Origin: Octopus sinensis
Taxonomy: Eukaryota
Reading direction: 5' to 3'
DNA length: 64,000 bases
NCBI RefSeq assembly: GCF_006345805.1
Contig: NC_042999.1
Span: 135,594,001-135,658,000, forward strand
A program made the translations under genes and the position numbers. Shown one piece after another: positions 37,001 through 51,900 of the stretch. The notes below the pieces were generated by a model. It did no database searches, was not told the origin of the DNA, and saw only the letters and a program-made list of their open reading frames with translations. Within the stretch, counting starts at the first letter, position 1; every line of letters starts with the position of its first letter.

Positions 37001-40000
37001 CTAAGAGTAAACCACTCTACCTAGCAACTGTTGATCTGGAGAAGGTTTTTAACAGGATATCATGCTCTACAGACTGGTGGAAACAATGAAAATTAAGCAT
37101 AAATGAATGACTTTTGAAAGCAGTGAAAGCTATGAACAGCAATGCAGCCTACATCAATGCAGTCTATATCAAGGCTCAGATCACAAATTGCTCCTGTTTA
37201 TTATACTTCACCAGGCCATTAAAGGAGTCTAAGATCAGCTGTGTGTAGAAACTAATATATGCTGATGACCTAGTACTTGTAATAGAATCTTATGACAGAT
37301 TTACAGAAGAAATTTTAGACTTGGAAACAAAACCAAGGAACAAGAGGCCTGAAAGTGAGTTTTAGCAAATAAGAGATAAGTCAGGACTCTGTTGACATCT
37401 GGAAAATGGTCATATCAGATATGCAGAGTAGATAGAAATTGCATACTGTGTACACAGTGGAAACTATGAATGCTAAAGAGGTGTTGTGGGATTGCAGAAG
37501 GCTAACAAAGAAGATAAACTTTGTATGTGGTAGATACAGAAGATTAGTTAGTAGCAAATTCCTTAAAATGTTCAGAAGGCCATCAAGATGTAGTTTGTAG
37601 ATTGTATTAATTGAGTGACCAAATCAGTAGCTGAGTATTCTGAAAATATATTGGTCAGGACAATAACAATGGGTAAAGAGCAGAAAGTTATTACTTATGC
37701 TGGCAATAAAGAGATTCTATCACTGAAGGGTAGACTGATGTACAAAGTGTGATGTTGCATGGCAGTAAGACATAAAGATTGAATGCAGAGGATGTGCAAA
37801 GGCTGGAAACAAATAAAGCGAACATATTCTGCTGGATATGTAATGTTAGTATGCATGAAGAAACAAGCAGAGGAGAGTTCAGAGCAAAGGTATGTACAAG
37901 AGTGTTGTGAACTATAATATTCTATCGTTAATTCCTCTCTACAATAGTAAATAGTAGATACAAAAACAAATATAGAAATCATATTTTGTATTGAGTATGG
38001 AAGTGCAGTGCAGTGTTGAATGATGTTGATGTTGATGAATGTTGTCTTTACTTAATATAAAACAACGCATCTTAATCGTTGGGCAGCCATGATTAACAGA
38101 TCAGAAGGCAAGCTGAACAAAGTTTGAATAAAAGCCTTCTTTTGAATTGGTTTACAATTTTATTCAAACTTTGACTAAATGGATGCCAAAGTGTTCAAGA
38201 GGACTCTACCAGGTGACCTAACCGAGGAAGATTACATTTACTGGAAACGAATGCTACACATCTACATAGCAAAAGCAAAAGTTCCAGATAAATCCAAACT
38301 GGAAGTACTCTTAGTCCTCTGCAGAACAAAGACCTAACCCATTTCAAAGAATCCAAAACCTTCGAGGCAGCAATAGAATGCCTGGGCTTCATGTTTATAA
38401 AGCAAGGTTCAGCCATAATGATGCGTCATGAGCCACAAACTCACAAACAAAAGGAAAACAAGTCTATAGGAGAATTTATGTCAAGCCTTCAGGCACTGGC
38501 CAAGAAGTGCAAAATCCAAGCCCTAACTGCAGACCATTGCCATGCAAACCATTACTGAGGAATTCTAACTGGTGATGCCCTTTTGGCTGGGCTTCTATCA
38601 CCATCAGTCATACAAAGACTTCTTGAGACATTAGACAACAGCTTAGAAATGCTCTATAAACTTGCTCAAACCATAAAACTGAGACCGGGATGAATTATCA
38701 AGACCCCTTCCTATCTAAAAGACCATACGTTTTAAATGCATCGTGACTATAATGTTCTATGATTAATTCCTTTCTGCAATAGTAAATAGTAGATAAAAAT
38801 AATAGAAATCATACTTTGTATGAGTATGAAAGTGTGGTACAGTGTTGAATGACACTGATGGGTGGATGCTATCTTTACCTAACATAAAACAACATGTCTT
38901 AATCGTTGGGCAGCTAAAATTAATAGATCAGACAGTGAGCTGAACAAAGTTTGAATAAAAGTTTTCTTTTGAATTGGTTTACAACAAAGAGGAATCAAAA
39001 GCCACATGCAAGAGACACAGTAGTGCAGGTATAGATATGTAATTTGTAAGGATAATGGCTGTTAAGTAAAGGAAGAGACAGAATATCCCAAGAGTAAAGG
39101 AACTGCAGAAGAAGACTAAGGAAGAGGTAAAAGTCGGTGATGCAGACACAAGAACATATACCTATAAGAAATAAACTCACAAAGAAATAAATTCAAAGTA
39201 TATATTTAACAGAATTAATAAAATACATATTTTGAGAAAATTTGAACTTGAATCATCTAATTTTCTATATTAACTTTCTCATATATTTTCCAAAAAGTTC
39301 TGCACAAATAAATATATAGACAGACACACATGAATGCATGCATACACACATACACACGTTCTCTCTCTCTCTCTCTCTAACAATCACAAACAAGAACATG
39401 CATACAATAAGATTAAAATTTCAATGACACAAACACAAAAATGCACATCTACATTCAGACACAGACTTACAAATAGACCATGCAAAAAACAATTTTCACC
39501 TCTTATTCATTACTATTTTCTTGACTTCAAAAATAATTTTATAAAATCATCCTTGTAATTCCCCTACTCAACCAACTATCCCACACTTTCATCTTATATA
39601 CACATTTACAAGGAATGTAGCAGTGAGAAGTGATTGACTGACCTGTGTGGAAAGGCAATAATTGACTTGGTCTATGGCAAGCTGCCTAACCCATGCCAAT
39701 ATGGAAATTGCATGTAAAATATGATAATGAGGGTGATTAAACACACACACACACACGCAAGAAAGTATGTATGTCATTATTCAGTTTTATTTCAAGATTT
39801 CTTGCCAATAGCAAAAGAGCTGGTTTCTAACCTAGATCCAAGGCTCCTTCACTGGAATTTCAACATCAACAACAGGGTATTTTTGTATGTATGTACATGT
39901 GCAGATTCGTACGTTTTGTTTTATGTATATATTCTCATGCATATAGTTGCATATCTAGACATGCTCATATATACTTAAATGATAAACTTTTGAAAAGTTA

Positions 40001-43000
40001 ACAGATTCTTACAGTTCCATTGAAGGATTGGATCTATGGCCTTTGAATTAGCTTTTTCCTTTCTGGTTTTGAGAAGCCTAATTTCTTGTGTGTCTGTATG
40101 TATGTACATATATAAGTATATACTTGTGCAAATTAACATGTATGGCATACAACCATGAAAGGTAAGGTCAACCTCAGCGGAATTTGAACTCAGAATGTAA
40201 TGGCAAATGAAATGCCACTAAGCATCTTGCCAAGCGTGCTAATGATTCTACAAGCTCTCCACCTTATGCACACTACAGATAATACATGCACATACAGACA
40301 GACTATTTACTTAGAGAAAATACTTAACTCACACTCAGAACCTTGTGATTGCAAAGCAAAATTCCATACCATTCAGCAATTCTGCACACACACACACACA
40401 CTAACAGACACACTATATACTTACAGAAGATACTAAATTGAGGCACACAGGGAAGAATTACCAGACATGTTGTGTTAAAGTCACCATACAGACGCATGAG
40501 GTTTTCAGATTATATCTCTTACCTTTTTAGTTTAACTGAATCAAGACACATCATCACAGTTAAATCCTGTTGGCAGCCCCCATTAAAACTGAATTACTTC
40601 CAAGATTTGAAAAAAAAAAACGCCATCTTTCAAACAAACACAAAGATGAAAGAGATAATGCAGCAAGCAAGCTTCATAGAATACAAGTGAGACTCCCATT
40701 CTGAGTAAACCCCACCCACCCCACTGTTCAGGCAGGCGGTGAATGCACAAGATAACAGTACAATGTAGTTCAAAGACTGTGAGGTTAAGACATTGAATGA
40801 CTGGTAACAGAGGTACAAGTTCAACTTCTGGATGTTTTTTTTGTGTTGTATGACTGCACAAAAAAAGCCATGTCTCTGTCCCAGTCACGTTCTTTAAATA
40901 CATACATATATATGTATTTAAGTACACACACACACACACCACACACACACACACACATATATATATATACACATTATATAGGGTGTCCATAAATTTCAGA
41001 AAAAGAAAAATAAGAATAACTCACCAGGTTTTCAACCAATGGAGGCCAGGTGGAAATGTTCTGATGTTTCTAATAAAACTTATTTTCCAATAAACTGTAT
41101 GAGTTATCTTTATTTTTTTTTTTCTGAATTTTTCATATTGTAAAGTTATTTATGGACACCCTATGTGTATGTATATATATACTCTCTCTATTTCACTCAC
41201 AGATATATATATATAAACATACATTATATATTCATATACACAAATACATACTGACTGTCTGACACTCCATTGGTTATGACAATGAGTGTTCCAGTTGAGC
41301 CTATCAACGGAAAAAACTTGCTTGGGAAATTAACATGCAAGTGGCTGAGCAATCTACAGACATGTGTACCCTTAACGTAGTTCCCAGGGAGATTCAGCAC
41401 GACACAGAATGTGACAAAGCTGGCCCTTTGAAATAGAGGTACTACTCATTTTTGCCAGCTGAGTTGACATATACACACACACACACACATATATACACAA
41501 AATACATGCATACAGCATGCATACATAATGAACAAATAACTGTGAAATGAATTTACTCACTGTTTGTTTGTTAGGTTCAAACTGTAAAATATATGTCTTC
41601 ATAGTTGGTAGGTAGACATTATTATAAAAACCAACAATTGAATCCGTTCTGCCATCTTGGATTAATATCACTTTAAATATCTGGAGAGTGGAAAGAGAGA
41701 TATCAAGAATTAGATGAAGAAATATGAATATCAACTGAGAAATAACTGGAGAAATCATCTGGGGATAGGGGTAAAAAGAGAGAAATTTTTTTAAAGCACT
41801 AAAGTAACAGATTATGTATTTGTGAAGACCCCACCCCCATCCATCTCAGCAAAATCACAGTTCTGTCAAGCCTTCTCCAATGACTCATCTTCTAACATGC
41901 ATCCCTCCCTAATCCCTCAGGTCTGTAAATGCTACCACTTATCACACTACACTTCACATCGTATCCCTACTATTGTCCATTGTAACCTTCTCTCCCTCCT
42001 TAACTCACTCCTATTTTCTTCCTACACTTCTCCTCCCCCAAACTGATATTCACTATGTTAACTCAATCCCTATCTTTAATCATGCACTTACTCACCCACT
42101 TTTCTGTTCTATCCCAAATGCTTCTCAACTGGGGTTCATACGGCCCATGGGAGTCCATATAAGATTTTGTTACTAAAATTTATCTGGTCTTACTACTACA
42201 ATCTTTTATTTTTCTTTTACTTTTATCTGTTTCAATCATTTGACTGCAGCCATGCTGGGGCACAGCCTTGAAGGGTTTTTTTAGCCAAACAAATTAACCC
42301 CAGGACTTACTTCTTAAGCCTAGTACTTATTCTACCAGTCCCTTTTGCTGAACCACTAAATTATGGGGACATAAACACATCAACACCAGTTGTCAAGCAG
42401 TGATGGGAGGGCGGGAGGCAGAGATATAGACACAATGATACACACACAAAAATATATACATATATATATATATATATACATGCACACACACAACAGGCTT
42501 CTTTTAGTTTCTGCCTACCAAATCCACTCACGAGGCTTTGGTTGGCCTGATGCTATAGAAGAAGACACTTGCGCAAGGTGCCACATAGTAGAACTGAACC
42601 ATGTGGTTGGGAAGCAAGTTGCTAACCATACAGCCATGCCAGCACCTATATCAACTTCTTTTTATACAATACCTAATAATATTTAATTATAAAAATACAA
42701 TATGATTTTTGAAACATCAAATGACTAGGAGGATTCACCTGAGTAAAATAGGAATTAAAAGAGTCCATTTCGAACCTGGGTTCTCATTCCTAAGGTACTT
42801 TTCAATACATTATTTACATTTGACACTCCATCGAAAACTAGGTAAATAATGTAAATAATGTTCATAATTCCTCATCTCTGAAATATAGAACTGTATTATC
42901 TAATTGGTACAGAGCCGACATTAGACTTCAATGGAGACATATAGAGAAACTCCATCAAAGACTAGTCAAATGTAAATAATGTATCGAAAAATACCTTAGG

Positions 43001-45461
43001 AATGAGAACCCAATAATATAAATAATAGAGTTAACAAGGACTACTCAAACAAAATTACAAAAAAAAATTAAATTCATAAATATGTGAGAATAAAACAAAT
43101 ACTATTACATTCTGTGTAATAAATAAAATACTTACTTCTTGTTGAGCAAGTGAGATTTCCTTAGATACATTTACAATAGTTTTGAATTTAATCTCTTGAT
43201 GTACTACTCGGCAGATACCATACAGACAGCATACCATAATCTTGAAAATGGAAATTTGAGATCAATAAATGATTTTTAAAAGGTAGATATTAACAATTTT
43301 CTGAAACAGATTTAAAAATACTTATATATTGAGTTTTTAATTTTTAACAAGGCCATACATTAATAAAGGAGAAGTATATAAAGAAACTGAATCACTTAAC
43401 TCTATAACTCCAGAGGGATGAAATTCACGCTCAATACTGGCAGAGTTTGAACTCCAAACATAAAGGAATGTAACCAAACACAAAAAAATATTTAATCCAA
43501 TACATAATCATTCCTGCCTCTCATTTATTTAAAATGTATAAGGCAATGATGGCAAAGATGATGAAGGCACATTCTCATTCTAGTTGTTTTTCACCAATTA
43601 CATTTTAACCCTTTGGAAATGGAATCTCATTTGGAGTTTCAGTGCCAAGAAGACAGATCCCTTTTCACAAGCTCTACAGAGGGTATGCAATTATTTTTCA
43701 AAAACAATTATAAAAAATAAAGTAATTACTTTACATATATAAAACTATATATATTCTTGTAGGAAATTGAATGAACTAATTCAATCTTCTTCGTCATTCA
43801 ACTTTTCAGCCAATAAATTAGCCCTGTTGTCTCCTAAGGTTTAATATCCATTTAACTGGGGTAGCTATGCATCTCTTCTACAAGACACTTGTTCCTGTCC
43901 CTCTATCAGACTTTAACCTTTCATCACTTTTTATAAGGTCTCCTCCAACAATTCTATATCCCCTTGTCACATATAAAGCATTCAGTACACTCTGCAAAGT
44001 GGCTGGTATAAGGAAGGAAAGTCATCTCGCTATAGAAACCATGCCAAAACAGATGTTGGGTTTAGCACAGCTCTCTAACTCACCAGTTCCTGTCAAACTA
44101 TCCAACTTATGCCAGTATGGAAAACAGATGCTACAAGGAGATGCTGAAAAGTTCCTGGCTTTAAGGGTATTGCAAAAGGCCTGGTTGGAGACCTAACTTT
44201 CTGAGTTTTTTTTACAGGACTTAGGAAAATTAAAGGACTGCTACAATAAGTGTTTGAACCTGAGAGTGGAATATGTTGAGTAAAATCATAATTAACTGAT
44301 CCTTTTGTATTTTCTTTCACCCAAAGCCAGGAACTTTTCAGTGGCCCCTGTAAATGATGATGATGATGATAATGATGATACCCTGATATAGATTCAACAG
44401 TTCTACAACGGAATTTCTCTTTCTGTATTTCATTATTTTGTCATGTTATTTGTAATGCTCAATCTAACCCTCACCCACTCCTTCTAAGTAGTCTATCTTC
44501 ATTGCAGATAACATTATGTTTTTAACTCAACTCCAAATTTCCAAAATGTCCAATTATGATTTGCCAAACATATTTCCACAGTATTTCCATTAAACTTTTA
44601 TTCTAGTTGAATTATCAATAAGACGGACTTCTCTAGAGATTTGCAGAACTAACATCTGCTTTTTGATATTGCATTAGTATTCTCAAGAGCAACAAGCCAA
44701 AAATATGGATATGTCAACTATAAAGTTGAGAGGTCAACTTGCCCCAGTTATTCAAGGAAAAGATAAATTTTAAAACATAAAAAGTGACCACATCCTACAA
44801 TGTTACATACCTGGTCAAGATGTCTGTTTCGTAGTAATTCACGATTGTGTATGATACAATGGACAAGACAAGTCCAAACTTTCTGTGTCTGGTGGGGAGA
44901 GGAAAATAAAGATAAAAAAAGTTATAGAGTAGAAAGACTAAAATGACTCGTTTCGTTTATCAAATGGAAAATTGATGGTGAGAATAAAATGTTTCCACTT
45001 AAAAAAACCCAATGCCGATATAATCACCACTGCTACCACTACAATAGTCCCTAATGCTTAATTTTCTGCCGGTTTCCTGTACATGAAGGTTTAATGTAAC
45101 TTGTGCTAATTTACATCTTTTCTTTCCCACCCCAGTTTTATCAAAATATTAAACTCAAAATAGCTATGAACACTAACAAGTATCAGAATCTGGTATGTTG
45201 GTGTTGGCTGTATATACATTTATATACATACAAAGATAATATACATTCTTTTCTTCTATTAGATGTTTCAGTCATTTGACAGTGGCCATGCTAAAGCACT
45301 GCCTTAATGAGTTTTAGTCAAAGAAATCAGCCCCGTGATTTATTCTTTGTAAACCGAGTACTTATTCTATTAGTATCTTGCCGAAATGCTAAGTTATGGG
45401 GACATAAACACACCAACAAGCGATGGTGGAGGGACAAACACTGACACATAAATATATATAT

Positions 45462-45508
<47 letters not shown>

Positions 45509-45937
45509 TATATATCTATATATATATAAAATTCAACTTGTGTGTCTGTGTGTTTAACTTCCCGGCACATCTCCTCCTAGACAACAAATCATAGAACCAC
45601 GAAAAATGGGTCACTTAAAGTTTAGGCGAATGAAAATTGAACTGCGCTATTTCTGTTCCGAAATTCATCTCGCAAGTGAAAAAATTGATAATGTGTTTGT
45701 TTAGGCCTTATCCCATGCATTGAATAGTGAACTTTACTCAGTCAGCTGTTTGACGTGAACTGTGTTCACCACGCGTGCAAGCATGCGTAAATTGCATGAA
45801 AAATAAAAAATCAAGATATAAAAACGAATCGCCATAAACATTGTAGAAATTCGACAAAGAAATGAATTTTCGGGATGTAGCCTGGAGGGTTTTTTTTGGT
45901 ATTTATATATATATATCATAATATATATATGTATGTA

Positions 45938-45991
<54 letters not shown>

Positions 45992-48900
45992 TATGATAAA
46001 AGAAGGCTAACTCTTCCTTCTGTAGAAGAAAAAATTCAAATCGGACCATGTTAACACCAAAAATTATTTACATCAAAAAGGTGCCTTTTTTCTATGAAAA
46101 TCCCTATTTTTTACGATGTTTTGACTGCTGTGTCACCATTTTTTGGTGCATTTCACTTAAAGATAATAACAAGCTACATGCTGCCAAATTTTTACTTTTC
46201 AAAAATTCCAATTCTAAAGGGTCTAAACAAACCGCAACGTCGGGCGATACTGCTAGTATATAAATCAGCAGTAAAGTTACAAAAATGGCATAAATGACTG
46301 GCTTCCATACAGTTTCCATCTACCAGATCCATTCGCGAGGCCTTTGGTCAGTTCAAGGCTTCAGTAGAAAGCACTTACTCAAAATGTTGTGAATCATTTT
46401 TAGTGAATTGATCACTTTTCCTTTCAATATGTGATAAAATTGCCCAATGTTTTCGCTCTATGCCTCAGTTCTTGCATAATCTGACTAGGGCTTATGGAAT
46501 TTTCATATTGGTTTTCAGACATGATTCATTAGTAATTTGTATAATTTCATTATGTAATTAAGCTGTTTTAATGTTTTAAATGTAAAAAAAAAAAAATCTA
46601 GGTTAGATGAAACTCATCATCATCAGCAATATGGAAAGAGAGCAATATGAGTCTCTGTGTTTTTCTTTTTCCTTTCCCTTCATATAACCACCACTAATCC
46701 CTTTTACTTGAAATTCTAATAACAAAATACTTAACTCAGGTAATCTCAGATGTTAGTTTTTGTAGCAATTTAAAACATTTTTTGATATAAGTATTATACA
46801 AGCCACAGTGAAATTGCTAGATACAGTGCTCCAGAATGGTCTCAATACATCCTATTTTAAGAACTATGCTAGAATTAAAGTAATTGCTCTGTTAACAAAT
46901 AAAAGAAGTCTGAATGTCTAGAAAAGAGATTTTATTAGAACATAGGCGCAGGAGTGGCTGTGTGGTAAGTAGCTTGCTAACCAACCACATGGTTCTGGGT
47001 TCAGTCCCACTGCGTGGCATCTTGGGCAAGTGTCTTCTACTATAGCCTCAGGCTGACCAAAGCCTTGTGAGTGGATTTGGTAGACGGAAACTGAAAGAAG
47101 CCCATCGTATATATGTATATATATATGCGTATGTGTTTGTGTGTCTGTGTTTGCCCCCCTAGCATTGCTTGACAACCGATGCTGGTGTGATTATGTCCCT
47201 GTTACTTAGCGGTTCGGCAAAAGAGACCGATAGAATAAGTACTGGGCTTACAAAAGAATAAGTCCCGGGTCGAGTTGCTCGATTAAAGGCGGTGCTCCAG
47301 CATGGCCGCAGTCAAATGACTGAAACAAGTAAAAGAGTAAAAGAGAGTAAAGAGTAAAGTTATAAATACAAACCAGCTCAGGAGAAACTTCCAATGATTC
47401 ACATAATCGGCTAAGTCTTTTGAAAGCAAGATGGCAAACTGAAAATATGGAAAAAAAATATTTATTTCTTACATTAAAATAAAGGAAAAGTATAATCAAT
47501 TGAATCAATTTCTCAGTGCATAAATTGTAATTTTTCTCATCAAACACCAAAAAATTTGGCCTCTCAAACCTATCATACAATGTCATTCTAAAAAATCTAG
47601 AAGCATTGAGATAATGCATGATTAATTCAAAACAATTTGCATAAACATCATGCTTAACAGAATAATCTGAATGTTAAAAGATCTGATGAAAAGTAAGAAA
47701 TTTAGAATAAGGAATACCTTTTGTGAAGAACTGTTTAATTGCTCGCGATCTTTGAGTATTTGATGAATTTGGACTGCTTGGCACCACCACCGTTTGACCA
47801 TTTGACTCAGAGTTCATGGGCATTTTTTCAGGTGTTATGTAATAATAATGATAAAAGCAACTGTTGTTTGGATTATTTTTCGTTGGTGTCATCCTGAAAG
47901 TTAGATATAAATTCTTATTAAATGTTCCCTAATTTATCATGTTAATTTTATTAATGAAAAATAACCAAGTTTTTTTGTCTTAAAATGTTAGAAATTATAA
48001 AATGTTGGAATACTACTACATAAACAGTATCATGGGTGCTGTGTTCTGTCCAAGGTTAATAGTTATTACTACTACCAACCACTTAACAGTGAAGGGTTTT
48101 GTGTTAAGACAGAGTTTCTACAACTGGGTGCTCTTCCTGTTCCTAACACAACTTGTTTTTCAAGTAAGGCATTTCTTTTTTGTTTTTTCATTCCACCAGT
48201 CACTACATGTTGAAAATGAATGAATTATGGGAGTTATGTTTACCACAGAACATAAACATTGTCAACAATTTTGCTCAGTTGGTGTTGATAAAGACAGTGT
48301 CACACACACATCTGACACTCTTCTTTTGCACTCTCACAAATCTACCCATCCAGCTATGCTTGATTTTCAATCCCTATTCTCTCTTCTAGTGAAGGCGCAT
48401 GGCTTAGTGGTTAGGGTATTCAGCTCATGAACGTAAGGTCGTGAGTTTGATTCCCAACAACACATTGTGTCTTTGAGCAAGACACTTTATTTCATGTTGC
48501 TCCAGTCCACTCAGCTGGCAAAAATCTGTAGTACCTATATTTCAAAGGGTCAGCTTTGTCACACTCTGTGTCACGCTGATTCTTCCTGAGAACTACATTA
48601 AAGGTACACATGTTTGTGGAGTGCTCAGCCGTTTGCATGTTAATTTCACGAGCAGGCTGTTCTGTTGATTGGATCAACTGGAACCCTTGTCATTGTAGCT
48701 GACAGAGTGCCAGGTAATTCTCTCTTCTCTTTTTCCACTTTCTTGTATCTTGAGTACACACCCTGACATCTCATCTTCACCATTTTTTTTTCTCTCTTTT
48801 ATGCTGAGGTAACCGTGTATCTCCTCTACAGCAAAACACCTATTCATGTCCCTCTATCATACTTTAGCCTCACAACACCTAGCACAAAACTACTGCAACC

Positions 48901-51900
48901 TTACTCTATCAAGGAGGTCTTATCTTGGCAAGTTACCTGATGAGCTCACTAGTGTCAGTGCAACAAAAAAAAGCACCTAATACACTGTAAAATGATTGGT
49001 GTTAGTAAAGGCATCAAGCTGCAGGAACCACACCAAAGCAGACATTGGAGCTCAATGCAGTCCTCTGGCTCATCAAATCCTGTTAAGCTGTCCAATCTAA
49101 GCCAGTATGGAATATGGACATTAAACAATGATAATGATAACCTTGTATTTATACGCATCACTGCTTAGCACTGCCACCCTGTAATTAGCACTACCAGTTG
49201 TTGTATAATGACAAGAATATCATAGAGACAATCTCACAGTGCACCATGCCCAGTTTCTGTGATTGAAGAGGAGATAACCACTCTGAAATGCATGTGTCTC
49301 ACAGTCTGGATAGGTGGCATTGTGAGCTGATTTTAGGTGTATTTACACCATTTGTCAACAGCAAGAAATTTTCTCCATGACAAAACAGTGAATGGCTTTC
49401 TTGCAGGTTTGAATATGCCCCAAGCATATATGAACTGGTAATAACATTGTATTTAAATGATGATTATGATGAGTTTAATATTAAGTAACTAGACTTACAT
49501 TAGGTTTGTTGCATTTTCACCATTTTTTGCTTCTAAGAGGTTCTCCAGATCCTCATTTGAGATCTCAAACACTGACCTGCCCTGGAATAAATAAGACAAA
49601 GTATACATAAATCAGGAGTGAATTGAGAGAGGTTCCACTAATGTACATACCCACAAACATTCATGTGCACACATATGCACATACACACATATGCATACAC
49701 ACTCACGCACACACAGGTCTAAATGTTAAATGCTAATAGTGTAACACTTACTTCCTTCCATGCATAGCAATCCAAAATATCCTGCTCTATTTTCTGAATA
49801 TGCTGCAAAGAAGACAAACAAATTTCAAACTAAAGATATTATAAATCAAATAATAAATTTAACAAAATACTGATTACAAGGCCAGGTGAGGTAATAATCA
49901 ATTACACCAATCCCAGTGTTCAACTGGTACTTATTTTATAGACCCCGAAATGATGAAAGGTAAAGTCAACATCAGCAGAAATGGAACTCAGAACATGAAA
50001 ACAGACGAAATGCCCCTAAGCATGTTGCCCAGCATGCTAATGATTCTTTCAGCTTGCCGCCTTAATTCAACAAAATATTGATAAACAAGTGTAATGATGG
50101 TGTGCAGAATTATAAACAAAGCATTAAACCTTCCCCGTTCCTTTTAACCAGAAGGTTGATTAAAATTGGAGAATGGAGAATCTGGTGATTTGGTATTTTA
50201 TATTACAAGAATGACCAAGTGGGTAAAGGACAACATAATCAAGAGGTCAAAAGTTCATATCTTGTCACCTGTATTGTATTGTATTTGTAGTCAAGGCACT
50301 TAATTCTCAAATGGCCCAATCCACCTTGCCACAGCCATCTTAACTGAACTGGTTTGGTCATGTGATATAGATGGATGAGGACAATTGCATAAAGATGTGC
50401 CACTCACTTAAAGCGGAGGAAAATTGAGGAAGAGGGCAACCCAAAGAGACATGGGATGAAGTATTGAAGGCCAATCTCAAAACACTGAGCCTTACAAAGG
50501 AGATGACAGAGGACCAAGGTATGTGGTGCATTATTGTGCTGCAGAAGACTCACCCACAACAGAATTGAGATCCTAAAACCAAGGTGTTACATAATAGCAA
50601 TGGTGCTGGTGTCATGTAAAAAGCACTGGTATTGATGCCACCAGCACACTCTATAACATGGTTGGCATTAGGAAAGGCATCCAGCTGTAGAAACCAAGAC
50701 AAAACAGACTATGAAACCTAATGTGGTTTCTGGCCTTGTCAGTTCCTGTCAAGCCATTCAACCCATGCCAGCATGGAAAACGGATGCTGAATGTTGATGA
50801 TGATGATGATGATATGATGATATGTCCACTTTCCATGCTGGTATAGTTTTGACAGACTTGCTAAATCTTTGATGCATCATAGATAAACAATCAATAGAAT
50901 GAACATAAGGGATAAGCAGGTTATTTATTAGCCAACCATTCCTAAATTAATTCTGAAACAGTGGTTGCTCTGGTGTAGCTGTGTGGGTTAAGAAATTAAT
51001 CATTCAAGGTTGCTTTCCAAAGTATTTAAACATCTCTGGTCACAAAAATGGGGAGTAAATAAAAGACCATTGCAAAATACCTCACTGAAGATTAACAATG
51101 CATTATCTAGAGAAACAAAAGATAACTGTTAATAAAACTTAAATACTTTTCGCACAAATACAGGTATAGGTGCAAGTACGGCTGTGCAGTAAGAAGTTTG
51201 CTTTCCAACTTGACCATTAACAGAACTCCAGTGATATGTGATACTGAAAAAGTATTTAGTAAAGATCTAAGGAATGAAAGAAGGATTATGCATATGACAA
51301 GAGAGTATTTATATCTGGCAAACAGATAAGAAAACATATATTTGTAGAAGTGATAAGAGATATAGAGGACACAGTAGATGAAATAGTTTGGCTTGTTATA
51401 CTAGATAGTGAATCTTTTGTCTGATTTCATCTAGAATATGTGCACAGCAGAGATATATTCTTACACATTGAAAACTAAAACACACAGCAACTGAAACATA
51501 TCCACAAGTAGATAGCAAAACTTACCCTGCAAATTTCTCCTGGTAGTTTATTTTCTAATTTTAAGACAGATTCAAGCACCAAGAATAAACAAAATGCCTC
51601 TAGATCAAATACTTTCAATACCCAAGGGAAGGCAAAATCAGGCTGGATGTTCTGAGATTCAACGTTGTTCACTAGACAAATTCAAAATGAAACATTATTG
51701 ATAATATCAACCAAAGCCACGAATAATTATAATTTTACAGATTTAGAAAAAAAAAATCTAAATCATTATTGATAACACCAACCAAACATTCAATTTTAAG
51801 TCAATTTGTTCATAACACATTCAAATTTGCTGGAACAGATGAAGAATAAATATGCAAGTCTTTGTTTACAGCAGATATTGTCTGTGAATTTTACTGGATT

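Noticed and set aside
46942-47030. tRNA genes at SINE heads
   Set aside because: A/B boxes continue into SINE core and tail in many diverged copies; no complete cloverleaf.
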